DNA of 58,068 bases, filler included, from Sphacelaria rigidula (Eukaryota): assembly GCA_964200075.2 (NCBI GenBank). It is 8 parts of 8 records of this genome, joined end to end, with 100 filler letters (N's around TTAATTAATTAA, not from the genome) between each part and the next. Parts side by side here need not be neighbours in the genome. Positions count along the whole stretch, not along the records: positions 1 to 7,171 come from CAXNAA020016143.1; positions 7,272 to 14,442 come from CAXNAA020016144.1; 6 more parts are not named here. One strand, given 5' to 3'. Position numbers and translations under genes: made by a program. Position 1 is the first letter of the stretch; each line of letters starts with the position of its first letter. This document shows, one piece after another, positions 1 to 10,480 of this stretch. The notes below the pieces were generated by a model, which was not told the DNA's origin, did no database searches, and saw only the letters and a program-made list of their open reading frames with translations.

Positions 1-332
1 CCGATACGGTCAGTCCAAAGGCGCCAAACACGTCCACTATGATGGTCATCATCCTCGCCAGTCCGTCGGGGGATTCTATAGTACAGGGTAAAACACACCC
101 TGTTTGCGGTAGCTTCCGCCGTAGGACACTAGGGAACGTGTCGACTCCGGTCTGCACATGTTCTGTATCACAAGGTTAATGAGCGAGACATATCTTGCGT
201 ACCGTTTCAAGGGAAGAGGAATTGAATATTTTTGCCGCTCTGTTGCCCCGATGGCGAGTTCGGCTCGGATTATTTGTGCCACGCTACATATGATGGAGCC
301 CGGTTCGGCGACAGGCCAAACCTACGGCTGTA

Positions 333-2808
333 TTGCATGGTACCCGAGCGGGAGTTTTATTTTACCCACAACACAAGAACATTGCACACTCTCCTCTCGC
401 TACACCACACCCCGCGCAGCTTACCTATGCCTTTTTATCCTGTATATGTACTGGAAAGAATTCTAAGCCGGTGCAATCCAGTCCACAACAGTTGACCCCA
501 AAGTGTCGTGTTCACCCTGAAGATGAAATGAGTGCCGGACGATCTGAAAACATCACCATCCGGCATAACGCAGCCCCAATGCCCCGCCTGCAACCCTTTG
601 AACCTCGCTTTCACTCGTGGCTTGGAGTCTGGTACGCAGTGGGATACGTGGAAGCACTCGCTTTGAAAAAAAAAACAGTTAAATTTCTGTCGGGTCCAAA
701 AAATATCTATATACATACACGACACGTCCGTCCAACGGTTTCGTGTTTGATTGTATGCTATACGCGTCTACAGGACCAACCAGGTCTGATGGCTTTTCTG
801 GCAGAAAGATCCAGGCGTACGAATGCGGTGCGTACATATTTTCGTACGGACCAAACGGATATACAAGAAAATCGAGCTTCAGCGCATAGCGAGTGCATTA
901 TCCAGGACCCCTCTGCGAACCAGATCCAGGAAGGCTGGGAATCAGGAGAATCACCCCGAGCCCCACTACAAGCCCCTGTATATAACGAGAAAGACTTTGT
1001 TCCAGGACACCTGAGCACGGTAGTCCCGTTCTGGCAAGATATTATTCTGAAGGACCACATGCAACCCGACTTGTTATTGTGGATTAACGGTGTAGACATA
1101 CACACATTTGTCGACAAATCAACGACAGCACATTTCCAAGGACGCCCCTTTCACGGCGCCGATCTTACTGGTGTGGAGTTACCCAACCACGTGAATCCAG
1201 AACACGAACTGTTTGTCGACTGCGAGATCAGAAAACTTGTCGATAAAGGCTGCGCGGTGCGATGGGCGGAGATAGCAGACGTTTACGCACAGACCAAGCC
1301 ACCCATGTCTCTCCCGCTCGGAGTAAAACCGTCGGAACCACGCTTAATCTGGGACGACCGTTGGCTGAACCTCATGTGCAATGATATGCCGTTCAAGATG
1401 GACGGAGTAGGAAAGGTGGCCCAATGCTCGTGGCAAGGTGCTTACCAGGTTACGATGGACCACAAATCAGGTTTTCACCATGTGCCCTTCGACCACACAT
1501 CATGGGAATACTTGGGTTTTCAGTGGAAGGGCGAATATTACGTCTGGACTATCCTCTGTTTTGGTTGGTGCAGTTCCCTCTAGATGTACCACACCCTGAG
1601 CGAGGCGGTGGCACAATACCTGCGATCCCGACATGTACCAGTACTGGCGTGGATCGACGATTTCTGGCTGACTCGAGTCCGCTCGACCAAACATGACCCA
1701 CCTAACACGCAGAAACAGGCAGCAAGCTCAGCAGCCCTCCTGGCGCTGTCAGTCTTCCATCACTGTGGATACTTCATGTCCATCTCGAAATGCCAGCCAG
1801 AGCCCACTACGAAAATTGTGTTGTTGGGAATTCTGTACGACACGGACAACTGCTGGTTCGAAGTCCCCGAAGATAAGCTCGTTAAGTTAGAGCGCATCTT
1901 GAACGATGCCCTTGCTTCCGGAACCATCACGTTCACCATGCTTGAGAAGCTGGCGGGAAAGTGCACAGGCATGTCGGTTGCAGTTCCAGCAGCCAGTTTG
2001 TACACGTTTCACATGTACAAATAGATGGCGATATACAGAAAGACGGGAGGAAAACATAACACAGCAACGGTAGCGCTCTCTGTCAATGGTGGTCTTCGAA
2101 ACGAGATAGCCACATGGCGGAAACTCCGAGACAACATGAATGGGGCGGCCTTGTACAGCCCTAGTCACCGCATCATCGCCATAAACGGCGCCACAGATGC
2201 CTCCTCACTTGCATGGGGGGGCATTGTTCGAGGCCCCTCTGGCGTCGCCTTTACAGCGGCCGCCGATTTTTCCACCGAATGGGTGACAGCACACATCAAT
2301 GTCAAGTAAACGTTCGCACTGCACGAGGTCCTTAGACTGTTCTGCTTAGAGCAAGCTGATCAAGTGGCGGGGACTAGTCTGTCAATAGATGTCGACAACA
2401 AAACCATGTACCACGCCTTCAAGAAAAGTAAAGCCAGGGACGAACGCATGCACACACTCATCCAACAGCTCTTCTAGATGCAAGTCAGACAAGACTTCAC
2501 ACTCACGTTACGATGGGTAGACTCAAAGACGAACTCAGAGGCAGACAGCCTCTCAAGACCAGGAGCCAATGAGCACGTGCGACTGAGAGCAGAATATTTT
2601 GACCAGTTATAGTTCGAGTGGGGCGGGTTCGACATGGACCTGATGGCATCCACAGCATCAGCCCAGAATATTCCAATGAATACACCGGGTGGAGGAACAG
2701 TTCTGCCCTTTTACTCTGGATATCATACAGCAGGATCACACGGGGTAGACGTTCTTAGCTATGGCGTTAGCCGCTCATCATGTCGGATGCAGCAATGCTT
2801 CGGGTGTT

Positions 2809-2841
<33 letters not shown>

Positions 2842-3215
2842 CCCCCCGCCGCGCGTCCGCCCACCCGCGTGGCAGGAGNNNNNNNNNNGGGGTAGCCTTT
2901 CTTTGGGGTGGCGCCCCCCCCTCCTCCTGTGGGGTGATGCAGGGCTGCGGTCCCCCCCCCCCCCCCCCCCCCCCGGTGATGGTCGGAGTAGTGCTTCAGC
3001 ACATCGTAGATTGCCACGCCCGTGCGATGGTAGTGGTTCCAGCGAGACCGGCGTCGTGGTACCCTGTGCTCACAGAAGCAGCCGTACGTACCAAGCTTGT
3101 ATCTAGAAAAGGGGAGAATAGGCAGTACTTTCGTACCCACCATCAACGAGGACAGGAGGCGTTCGTATTTCATGAATGGAACATGCACGCAGTTGGAGTA
3201 GATTTTCAAGCCTGA
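333..3215 (+). pseudogene. DIRS-type pol: reverse transcriptase + RNase H + DNA adenine methyltransferase-like domain, with several in-frame stops
   Basis: ORFs 333-1583, 1584-2024, 2025-2309 and 2634-3215 are in one frame. RT motifs PRLIWD, DHKSGFHH, LCFGW, WIDD. RNase H motifs TDASS, DVDN, EADSLSR. MT-like motifs DLMAS...GVDVL...CFPP...VVVP...WYPVL. Stops at 1581, 2022, 2307, about 2475 and about 2608. A 10-N gap lies at 2879-2888. Confidence 0.9.
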
Positions 3216-3218
3216 TGA

Positions 3219-6178
3219 ATGAATGATATTCGGCATGACCCTGTATTGCAAAGTGTCACAAGAGATGCTCTGCCCTCTAAGACGCCAATTACCACACGTA
3301 GAGTACCCGAGAACCATCTGACGAATGCTCTTATCGTGCGACCATTTCAACACATCCAGGCGCTCCTCATGCTCCTCGCTTTGGTGCAACCGTTACTAGT
3401 ACGGATAACAACGATGCTCGCCCACCTAGGCCACAAGCGCGACCCCCCCAGCCACAGCTCGAGTATGACTCGAGTCTCCGCCTCGCGAGCAAGAGTACTC
3501 TGTCCCGACTGCCATGGGGAGAAGGACGAAGACTTTCAATACTGTCAATGGTGCGGCAAAAAGAGTTCGATATTAGCTACGAGAGTAACGCAGGAGGCGG
3601 CATTAAAAATCGATGAGGAGGCTATACAGAAACGATACATTCAGTTTACGCTAGCCGTGGCAGCGTCAGCCTCAGCAAAGAGACAGGATTTTACAACAGA
3701 ACTATGTAATGGATTCTTAGCTTCACGACCCGGGTCCGGCCCCAAATATTGGACAGCAGCGCAATCGACCGACATTGTAGCCTTTCTGTGCTGGCTTGAT
3801 GCATGGGGGAAAGGACGCACGCCAGTACATGCTAGACACTGCGCTGCAGTAGGTGCCCCCGGACTAATCGACTGCTCAACAAAACAGGGGGAATGTACCT
3901 ACAGATACGCACACGATTCCTTACAGACGAATTATACGTCGAAACGAGCGATGGCCTTCGAGAACGAGCTCGGAACGAACTTCGACTGGAGCGATGTATT
4001 ACGGATAAGAAACCCAGTCCGCAGCAACCCCGTGGCAGAATATACGATGTTCACCAGGGAAGAACAGAAGAAAGCAGGAGTGCTAGTAAGACAAGCACCG
4101 ATTCTACTACACAGTCACCTCCTTGAACTGATCACCCCATTGAGGTCAGCTCTACAATGTACTAGAGATGCCAAGGAGCAGGTACTCCTGACCCGAGACA
4201 TCGCCCTGTTCACAGTGGCATTTAGCACCACTAAGCGCGGCGACGAGCTCACGAGGATCCTCGTCCAACGCATTCTCAGACTCCCCAACCTCAGTGATTT
4301 CATGTTCAACTTCCAATGGGAGAAAACACTACGAGGAGGCGCAGACCATCTACTCACTGTACCGTACGATGAGCTCTACCCCGCGACATGCCCTACCCGA
4401 GCAGTGGAGTAATGGGTGAAGGTAGGGAAGCCTGGTATAGATATACCCCTGGCCTAAATATACCTCCCTATACTAAATGATATTTCATGTACCTTAGTCA
4501 TGTTTTTTCGGAGGCTATATGATATGAAATGATATTTTTTTCAGCAAAATGTGACTTGAAGGGTATGTGATATGTGGTATATGATAGGTCTAAATCGTGT
4601 GATATATATGACTGTATTACCTGGTACATGTAAGATATCGGCTTATATCGGTACAATGTGCTATACAATGCGCGATAACTGGGACCGCCCACTGTACACA
4701 AAAGGGGACGCACACGTCTGCCAGACTTTAATTACGAGTACTGAGGTGAAGTTTTGACGCGATGAGCGACGCCCTGGCACCTTCATCCCCGGCTACAGGC
4801 GAGTCTCAGCAGCAGTCGCCTTCGACTACGCCCACCCCCATCACCGCCCCCAGGCCGTCTTCGACCACTGCCAAAACCGCAAGGATCGGCAGGTGCTTCT
4901 CGTAACGAGTGGGGGGCGGGATGCAGCTAGCGGGTGGCGTGAAATTTATTTTCTCGGGGTTTCGGAGTAGTGCAACTCCGTGCCAAGCGAATCGAGCTTG
5001 CAGTGTTTTTTCCCTTGCACCTGAACCTTCGATGTTTTGATTTGCTACAGTTTTTCTTGCTTCGGTTTGATTTTTCGGTCGGGGTTCGTCCGGTTGCAGT
5101 CGGTCGAAGGAGCATTGTATCATAATAGCCGCCTGACCTGTGATACGCCCTGAAAGTCGGAGAGATCACGTGTGGGGCGCAAGCAAAAATTAAAAAGGAA
5201 CATGAAGATTCTTATGATACATGTCGTTGCCGTTATTGATCGCAATGCTACTGCTGTCTGCACGTCTGCATTTCACCACATATGTAAATATAACCTCGGA
5301 GCAGTTGCGTTTGGTGGAGTCACCAATACAATTGCCACACTGGGCACAGTTCCCAACCAACGACAGGTATATAGATGCGAGAGTATCACTGAAAAACGCG
5401 ACATATATTATATATGCGGGGGGACCATATATGTAATGCACTACATTGTTGTGTCCCAAATAGGTTAAATAGCGAGTTACTTCATCATCATATAGGTCAG
5501 ATGCCAGGTGATCCACGTCACACAGCCAGAAATCACGTGATATATAGTATATATATATCGCATATATAGTATATATACCCCTATATATCGTATACCCTAA
5601 ATATATTAGATTCATATCGATACATGGAAAAATGGGGGGTATATGAACATGACTACGAATAAATCAACTTTAATGACATACCACCTTTTTCGGGAGGGGT
5701 ATATATAGATACACTATATCTCGAAAAGTTGAGATGATACCAGGGTCTAGTAGGGACATCGATGGGTTGTAATTTGACCCGAGGCTATCTATTTCCCCAG
5801 ATTGATACGTCGACAGCAACCCCGGAACGCGGTTTGACACCGATGCCGGCCGCTCAGATGACGGTGACACTCAGACATCGAGGAAAGGATGCTGGAATAA
5901 AGTGCCCGTTCTCCATGCATTCGTTTCGCTCGGGAGGCGCCGTCTCCCGTGCCCTGGCAGGCGACGATTTGAAGACGATAATGCAGAAGGCTTTCTGGAA
6001 AAGACCGAGCACGGCGTGGAGATAAATGAGATCGATGGAAGTTGTAGATCCTGGCACAGTCGGAAACCGCATGGTCGAAGGCGTCTCGGAAGCTCAGTAC
6101 AGAGAGATTCATGAGTTCCCATTACAGAAACAGAGTAGGTCTTGGTCAGCCTTCGGGAAACAACTCATGTACACATAA
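3219..6178 (+). pseudogene. Tyrosine recombinase of the DIRS-order element, split by an insertion at 4429-5749
   Basis: N-terminal CxxC..CxxC ribbon (CPDC/CQWC), catalytic R in KRGDEL, HxxR in MHSFRSGGA, W in KAFWK. Removing 4429-5749 plus one TSD copy restores the frame (VE*WVKVGTSMGCNLTRGYLFP). The expected catalytic Tyr codon reads TAA (6023-6025), and the frame continues to TAA at 6176-6178. Confidence 0.88.
4429..5749. mobile_element. Non-autonomous TIR DNA transposon (hAT-like) inserted into the YR gene
   Basis: GTAGGGA is duplicated at 4422-4428 and 5750-5756. The right end reads TAGACCCTGGTAT in reverse complement against a left end AGCCTGGTAT. Subterminal TATATACCCCT motifs occur in inverted orientation at both ends. 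No transposase ORF. Confidence 0.8.
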
Positions 6179-6312
6179 AGACACCAGCAGGTGCGAAAAG
6201 AACATCGAGGACCATACCCGAGAGAGTAAGGGATGAATTTAGCCACCAAACGATTGAGCTAGAAAGAGTAACGGAAATCGGTATGATCAACTCAGACGAG
6301 TACAGGGTAAGG

Positions 6313-6783
6313 GGACACACCAGCTGCGGATGGTGCACCCACAGATTCATCCCATACTAATTGACGAGAAGAGTGGGCATGAAGATACACTAGGATCATT
6401 TGACAGGAAGTGTTGCATGTAGCCGCAGGCGTTATGACACGCTGTCAAGTAAGAGTGATATACGAGCCCCACACGTAACCAGTTATTTATTGATCATCGA
6501 TTCCTGATCACCGAGAAACAGCACGGAAAGCAGGAACCGATTTGAGATACCACCCGCCCACCCAAACACAGTTATGCAGAGACAGACACTGAAGAATGAT
6601 TTATCTTCTTGCAAACTCTTCCTTTCCACGTGAGAGAAACCCGAGTGATATTGACACCGAGGGAGAAAACACTCGGGTAACGTCTCCACACGCGGAAGTG
6701 GACACACAAGTCCACGCGGCTGGTGCACCCACATATTCATCCTATACTAATTGACGAGAAGAGTGGGCATGAAGATACACTAG
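6313..6783 (+). repeat. 3' split direct repeats (B1 ... B2) of the YR retrotransposon
   Basis: 6331-6393 and 6721-6783 match at 61 of 63 positions, 390 bp apart. Weaker similarity extends to GGACACAC at 6313 and 6700. Confidence 0.85.
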
Positions 6784-6893
6784 TATCCAAAGTACTAGGA
6801 ACTAAGTGACACACAAGACGCCAGGCTAACAAGATGATGAGCGCGCCCGAATGTTTCGCTTGCCCCGTTCTTTGGTTCTCCCGGAATCTACAG

Positions 6894-7097
6894 GAAATGG
6901 TTCGGATTGTGGGCTTATCCGCCACACTGCCGAACTACGAGGACGTAGCCACGTTCCTCAACGTAAACCCGAGCAAGGGACTGTTCTACTTCGACAACTC
7001 GTACCGCCCAGTGCCTTTGCAACAGCAGTACATCGGAGTCACGGAGAAGAAGGCTATCAAGCGCTTCCAGCTGATGAACGAGATTTGCTACGAGAAG
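6894..7097 (+). CDS. SNRNP200: Internal exon of U5 snRNP 200-kDa Ski2-like RNA helicase (Brr2)
   Basis: CAG| acceptor at 6891-6893, CTAAC branch-like motif at 6826, |GTA donor at 7098. The 68 codons [22 protein letters not shown]...[38 protein letters not shown] match the Brr2 N-terminal cassette around motif III (SAT). Confidence 0.95.
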
Positions 7098-7171
7098 GTA
7101 TCCCCCCCCCCCCCCCCCCCCCCCATCTGTGTTGTTTCTTCTTCTTAAACAAGGAAGGGGCTAGCGCGGGG

Positions 7172-7271
7172 NNNNNNNNNNNNNNNNNNNNNNNNNNNNN
7201 NNNNNNNNNNNNNNNTTAATTAATTAANNNNNNNNNNNNNNNNNNNNNNNNNNNNNNNNNNNNNNNNNNNN
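7172..7271. other. Artificial contig linker (N44-TTAATTAATTAA-N44); identical linkers at 14443-14542, 21714-21813, 28985-29084, 36256-36355, 43527-43626, 50798-50897
   Basis: Six-frame-stop linker recurring with an exact period of 7271 bp; 8x7171 + 7x100 = 58068. Confidence 0.99.
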
Positions 7272-7910
7272 TTGTTGCTTGCCTTAGTCATTTGACCATT
7301 GACCACGCATCCCTTTCGAGACGGAGGGAGGAGCGGGGGGGGGGGTTACTCGTGATCTTGCATATGACATCTGACGTCGCTTCCCTGAAAAGCCGGGATA
7401 GCACGCCGGGTTTCCGCCGGACCAGGCTCGCGATCAGTCACCCAAGCTCCAAGCGCCGTGATGTTTTCGGCGAGTCGCATGAAGGGTGAGCTGGATCCTG
7501 CCAAGATTATTCGGCCCGAAACGTACTGATTATCTTGCTTTTGGATGACAGTCTCCAATGAGCTGCTTCATATTCTGATATCCCCATTGACAGAGACACC
7601 CGCGGCTTACACACTGCTTCTTCGGTGTCCCACCATATTAACACTACTACTTAGGATGATCATCCCCTTTGCGCGGAGTTGAGGTCCTCCCACCCCGCAC
7701 GAAATGATCTAGCTCGACCACCATCATGGTTGCCGCAAACAAAACGCAGGTGCGCAAAACAATCGGTAACCTGGTGGCCTAGCTTACACGGTGCGTGGCG
7801 TGTATTTCAGTGTCATCGCCAAACGACACCAACCCCATGGGGGGTTCGTCCGTACAAAGCCGGGACGGAGCACGCCGGGGCTTCGGCGGACCAGGCTAGA
7901 GGGGGAAGGA
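7272..7910 (+). repeat. Dispersed ~600-bp non-coding repeat family flanked by G-runs (short copy followed by long copy)
   Basis: Aligns by eye with 12980-13336 (+) and 36487-37100 (-). Shared motifs GACCATTGACCACGCATCCCT, GCACGCCGGGTTT and GTCGCATGAAGGGTGAG. Confidence 0.8.
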
Positions 7911-8226
7911 GCGGTGCCCATTTTTGAGAGATGTGTAATCCCTTGTTTCACCTTCAGTAATTGGAAAAGGGTAGTAGCACATCAGGATTACAATCTCCAC
8001 GTCAGCGGCAGAAACGAAAACAGGAGCTGCACTTACAACGCTCGAATTTCGAGCGCCAAATCATCACACTTGTTTCGTAGTCCTGCTTCGTCTACGTTTT
8101 GGGGGAGAATTCGGACGAAGAAGTCAAATGCTTTTTGGTCAACTTGTATAACGCCATCACTGGGTTGAACCTAATGACGGTGAACTCATCTCCATGACAT
8201 GCTTCCCTCGTGCGCACCCTCCACAG

Positions 8227-9348
8227 TTTTCTGAAGCGGCGAACGTCACTTACCCGGGCATATACGGGAAGTTCCTGGACAGTGTGAACGTGCTGAATTT
8301 TGATCTGACCTGGATACTCTCTACCGGATGCATCTTCGACGTAGACTTTCACGGACGCCTCATCTTGTCCACGATAGCCCCTATCGTCGGTTTGGCCATC
8401 CTCGGAGCCACGTACCTTGCTGGGAGGAGCAAAAATAGCGGATCTGACGCTGCTCTTGGAAACTTTCGTCGGAAGCACCTCACCATGGTGATTCTGTTGA
8501 CGTTCTTGGTGTACTCGTCAGTTTCTTCCATCTTGTTCCAGATGTTCTCCTGCGACGAGCTGGACGACGGCAGGGTCTATCTTCGCGCAGATTACCGAAT
8601 CGAGTGCGACTCTCGAAAGCACAATTCACTTCAGATCTACGCAGGGTTCATGATTGTCCTGTACACGGCAGGCATCCCCGGTTTCTACGCCACCCTTCTT
8701 TTCAGACACCGTGGCGTGTTGTTGGACGAGGTCGGTCGTGAAGCCAACATGCGCGTAAAACCAATCACGAATTTGTGGGCGCCGTACAAGCCGCAGTGCT
8801 TCTACTACGAGGTGATCGAGTGCGGCCGTCGGATCTTGCTTGCTGGGGTAGTGGTGTTTATTTATCCCAACACATCTGCGCAGATCTCGGTCACAATCGT
8901 GTTGACTGTTCTCTTCATTTTCATCTACGAGGCGTTGGCTCCCTACGCATCTAGATGGGATACGTGGGTGAGTCGTACAGGTCATGCAATAATATTTTTA
9001 AGCATGTATTTGGCTTTGTTGTTGAAAATAGACGTGTCTGACGAAGACGCTATTAGCCGGAGGCTGTTTGGGGGTGTTCTCGTGGCAGTCAATATTTTCA
9101 TGATCACTGTTGTTCTTGTCGAGGCCTTCGTGGTTGCTTGCTCGTTGTGGTGTGAAGAACAAGACGGCCCAAGCCAGTCGAAGAGTGACCGAGGCGTGAC
9201 GTCCTTTTTCGAAGGAGAAGGTCGTCCTTGGCCAGCCAACGCTGACGATGCTCCAACAGGAGCAAACATCGAGCCGCGTAGGTTCATAAAGCTCACTTTG
9301 CCAGCTAGGAGAGACGCATGTCACTGTCGCCCTCACTTATTTCCATGA
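8227..9348 (+). CDS. Probable terminal exon of a multi-pass membrane protein (brown-algal polymorphic membrane protein/adhesin-like family, C-terminal TM region)
   Basis: CCACAG| acceptor at 8221-8226 in frame with the 384-aa ORF. About 8 hydrophobic helices. Family-typical motifs ANVTYP, NFDLTWILSTGC, YLRADYRIEC, LWAPYKPQCFYYEVIECGRRILL. Confidence 0.8.
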   Translation, partial: FSEAANVTYPGIYGKFLDSVNVLNFDLTWILSTGCIFDVDFHGRLILSTIAPIVGLAILGATYLAGRSKNSGSDAALGNFRRKHLTMVILLTFLVYSSVSSILFQMFSCDELDDGRVYLRADYRIECDSRKHNSLQIYAGFMIVLYTAGIPGFYATLLFRHRGVLLDEVGREANMRVKPITNLWAPYKPQCFYYEVIECGRRILLAGVVVFIYPNTSAQISVTIVLTVLFIFIYEALAPYASRWDTWVSRTGHAIIFLSMYLALLLKIDVSDEDAISRRLFGGVLVAVNIFMITVVLVEAFVVACSLWCEEQDGPSQSKSDRGVTSFFEGEGRPWPANADDAPTGANIEPRRFIKLTLPARRDACHCRPHLFP

Positions 9349-9639
9349 GGAAGTGTGGGTGAAGTGAAGAGTTTTACCGTGTGTGCCCAGCGCATGGGTT
9401 GTAGCCCAACAAATAAGTTAGCCTGGCCTTGGCAAGACCTTCTGATCTAGAGCAAAGATGACGGAGACATTGGTGAAGTAACCGACTGCGGGAGTCTCAA
9501 TACACCCCCCGAGATATTATTGCCGTGACTGGGGGTCAGCAGTTTTCCTGATACGAGTTTCGCCTGACTCAGGTCAGTCGTCTTGTACCTTCAGGGCCGT
9601 TGGGGCCGTTTTTGAGGCCGTTCTTCACGATTCGGGTGC

Positions 9640-10480
9640 CTCCGAGAACTTTCCATCCACTTTTTCGTTTTCCACCTGTAAAGAGAGGTGAAATTGACAG
9701 CTTCACGTCGAACGGTTTTAGGCACACGTCCTTCACTCCCCATCCCATCACACGCTGCCATGCCAACAGAGCAAGCGCCCAATATCATCACGATCACACC
9801 CCAAAACAGCACAATCATGCCCGCCTGCAGTGTAGTCATGGTGTGCAATATTGTGGGTGTGAGTGCCCCAAACTGCATAAAACAAGTAGTGGCGCTGATG
9901 TGTTTGGGTACCCACTTTCTGTCATTGGAAATGCAGGCGAACACCGCGATAGAAAAAATGTTCTGCACGACTCCAACATGAAAAGAAGTGAACTGGAAAA
10001 TGCACACGGAAAAGGCACAAAAACGGAAATAGGGGGAAATGGTCCTGTACCGCCATTAAGAACGCTCCTTAACAATGAAAAAAAAGGGTCAGTTTCCCCA
10101 TGTTTACATGTTTTCCGTGCACGTTTTCCTTTTCCTTTTAGTTTGAAGGGCGCACCATTTTTCTTCGCATCGTCATGCTGGTTCCCGAGTCAGATTCGGA
10201 AGGTGGGCACTTCCACAAGTCAGCACTACCATAATTTGGTTTCATGCAGCTTGAGACACGCACATCCCTGGCAACGCATACAGCACACCTGCACTTGATG
10301 TACAACGTGCTGTCCTTGGGGGTGATAATGATGGCCCTGGGCGCTTGTGCTTCTCCGTGACACAGACTGATGGGGTGCGGGATATCGGTCATGGGCCGAA
10401 AGCCTTTTAGCATGAAACTGCCATTTCTCCATTTGTTCAGGTGGAAAACAGAAACGCAAATGGAAGGTTTCCAAAAGTAC
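9640..10480. repeat. Diverged inverted pair of ~390-bp repeats (9640-10035 vs 10095-10480)
   Basis: Collinear shared motifs in opposite orientation: TTTTCCACCTG, CAAGCGCCCA, ACAGCAC, CTGCAT(A/G)AAAC, GAAAAATG, CACGGAAAA. Confidence 0.6.

Larger units (their letters stand above)
1..6783 (+). mobile_element. Tyrosine-recombinase retrotransposon (DIRS order, PAT/Ngaro-type split direct repeat termini), degraded, 5' end outside the window
   Basis: Domain order RT-RNase H-MTase-like, then a YR ORF, then a 3' direct repeat pair (6331-6393 / 6721-6783). It lies just upstream of a BRR2 acceptor site, so it is intronic. Confidence 0.9.

Noticed and set aside
2800-2975. Polyproline insert in the methyltransferase-like domain
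   Set aside because: Poly-C runs and noisy duplicated sequence flank a 10-N gap, so this is an assembly artefact. The same applies to the duplications around gaps at 47595-47604 and 49854-49863.
6894-9348. BRR2 exon and membrane-protein exon as one gene or nested genes
   Set aside because: They are on different contigs separated by an artificial linker.
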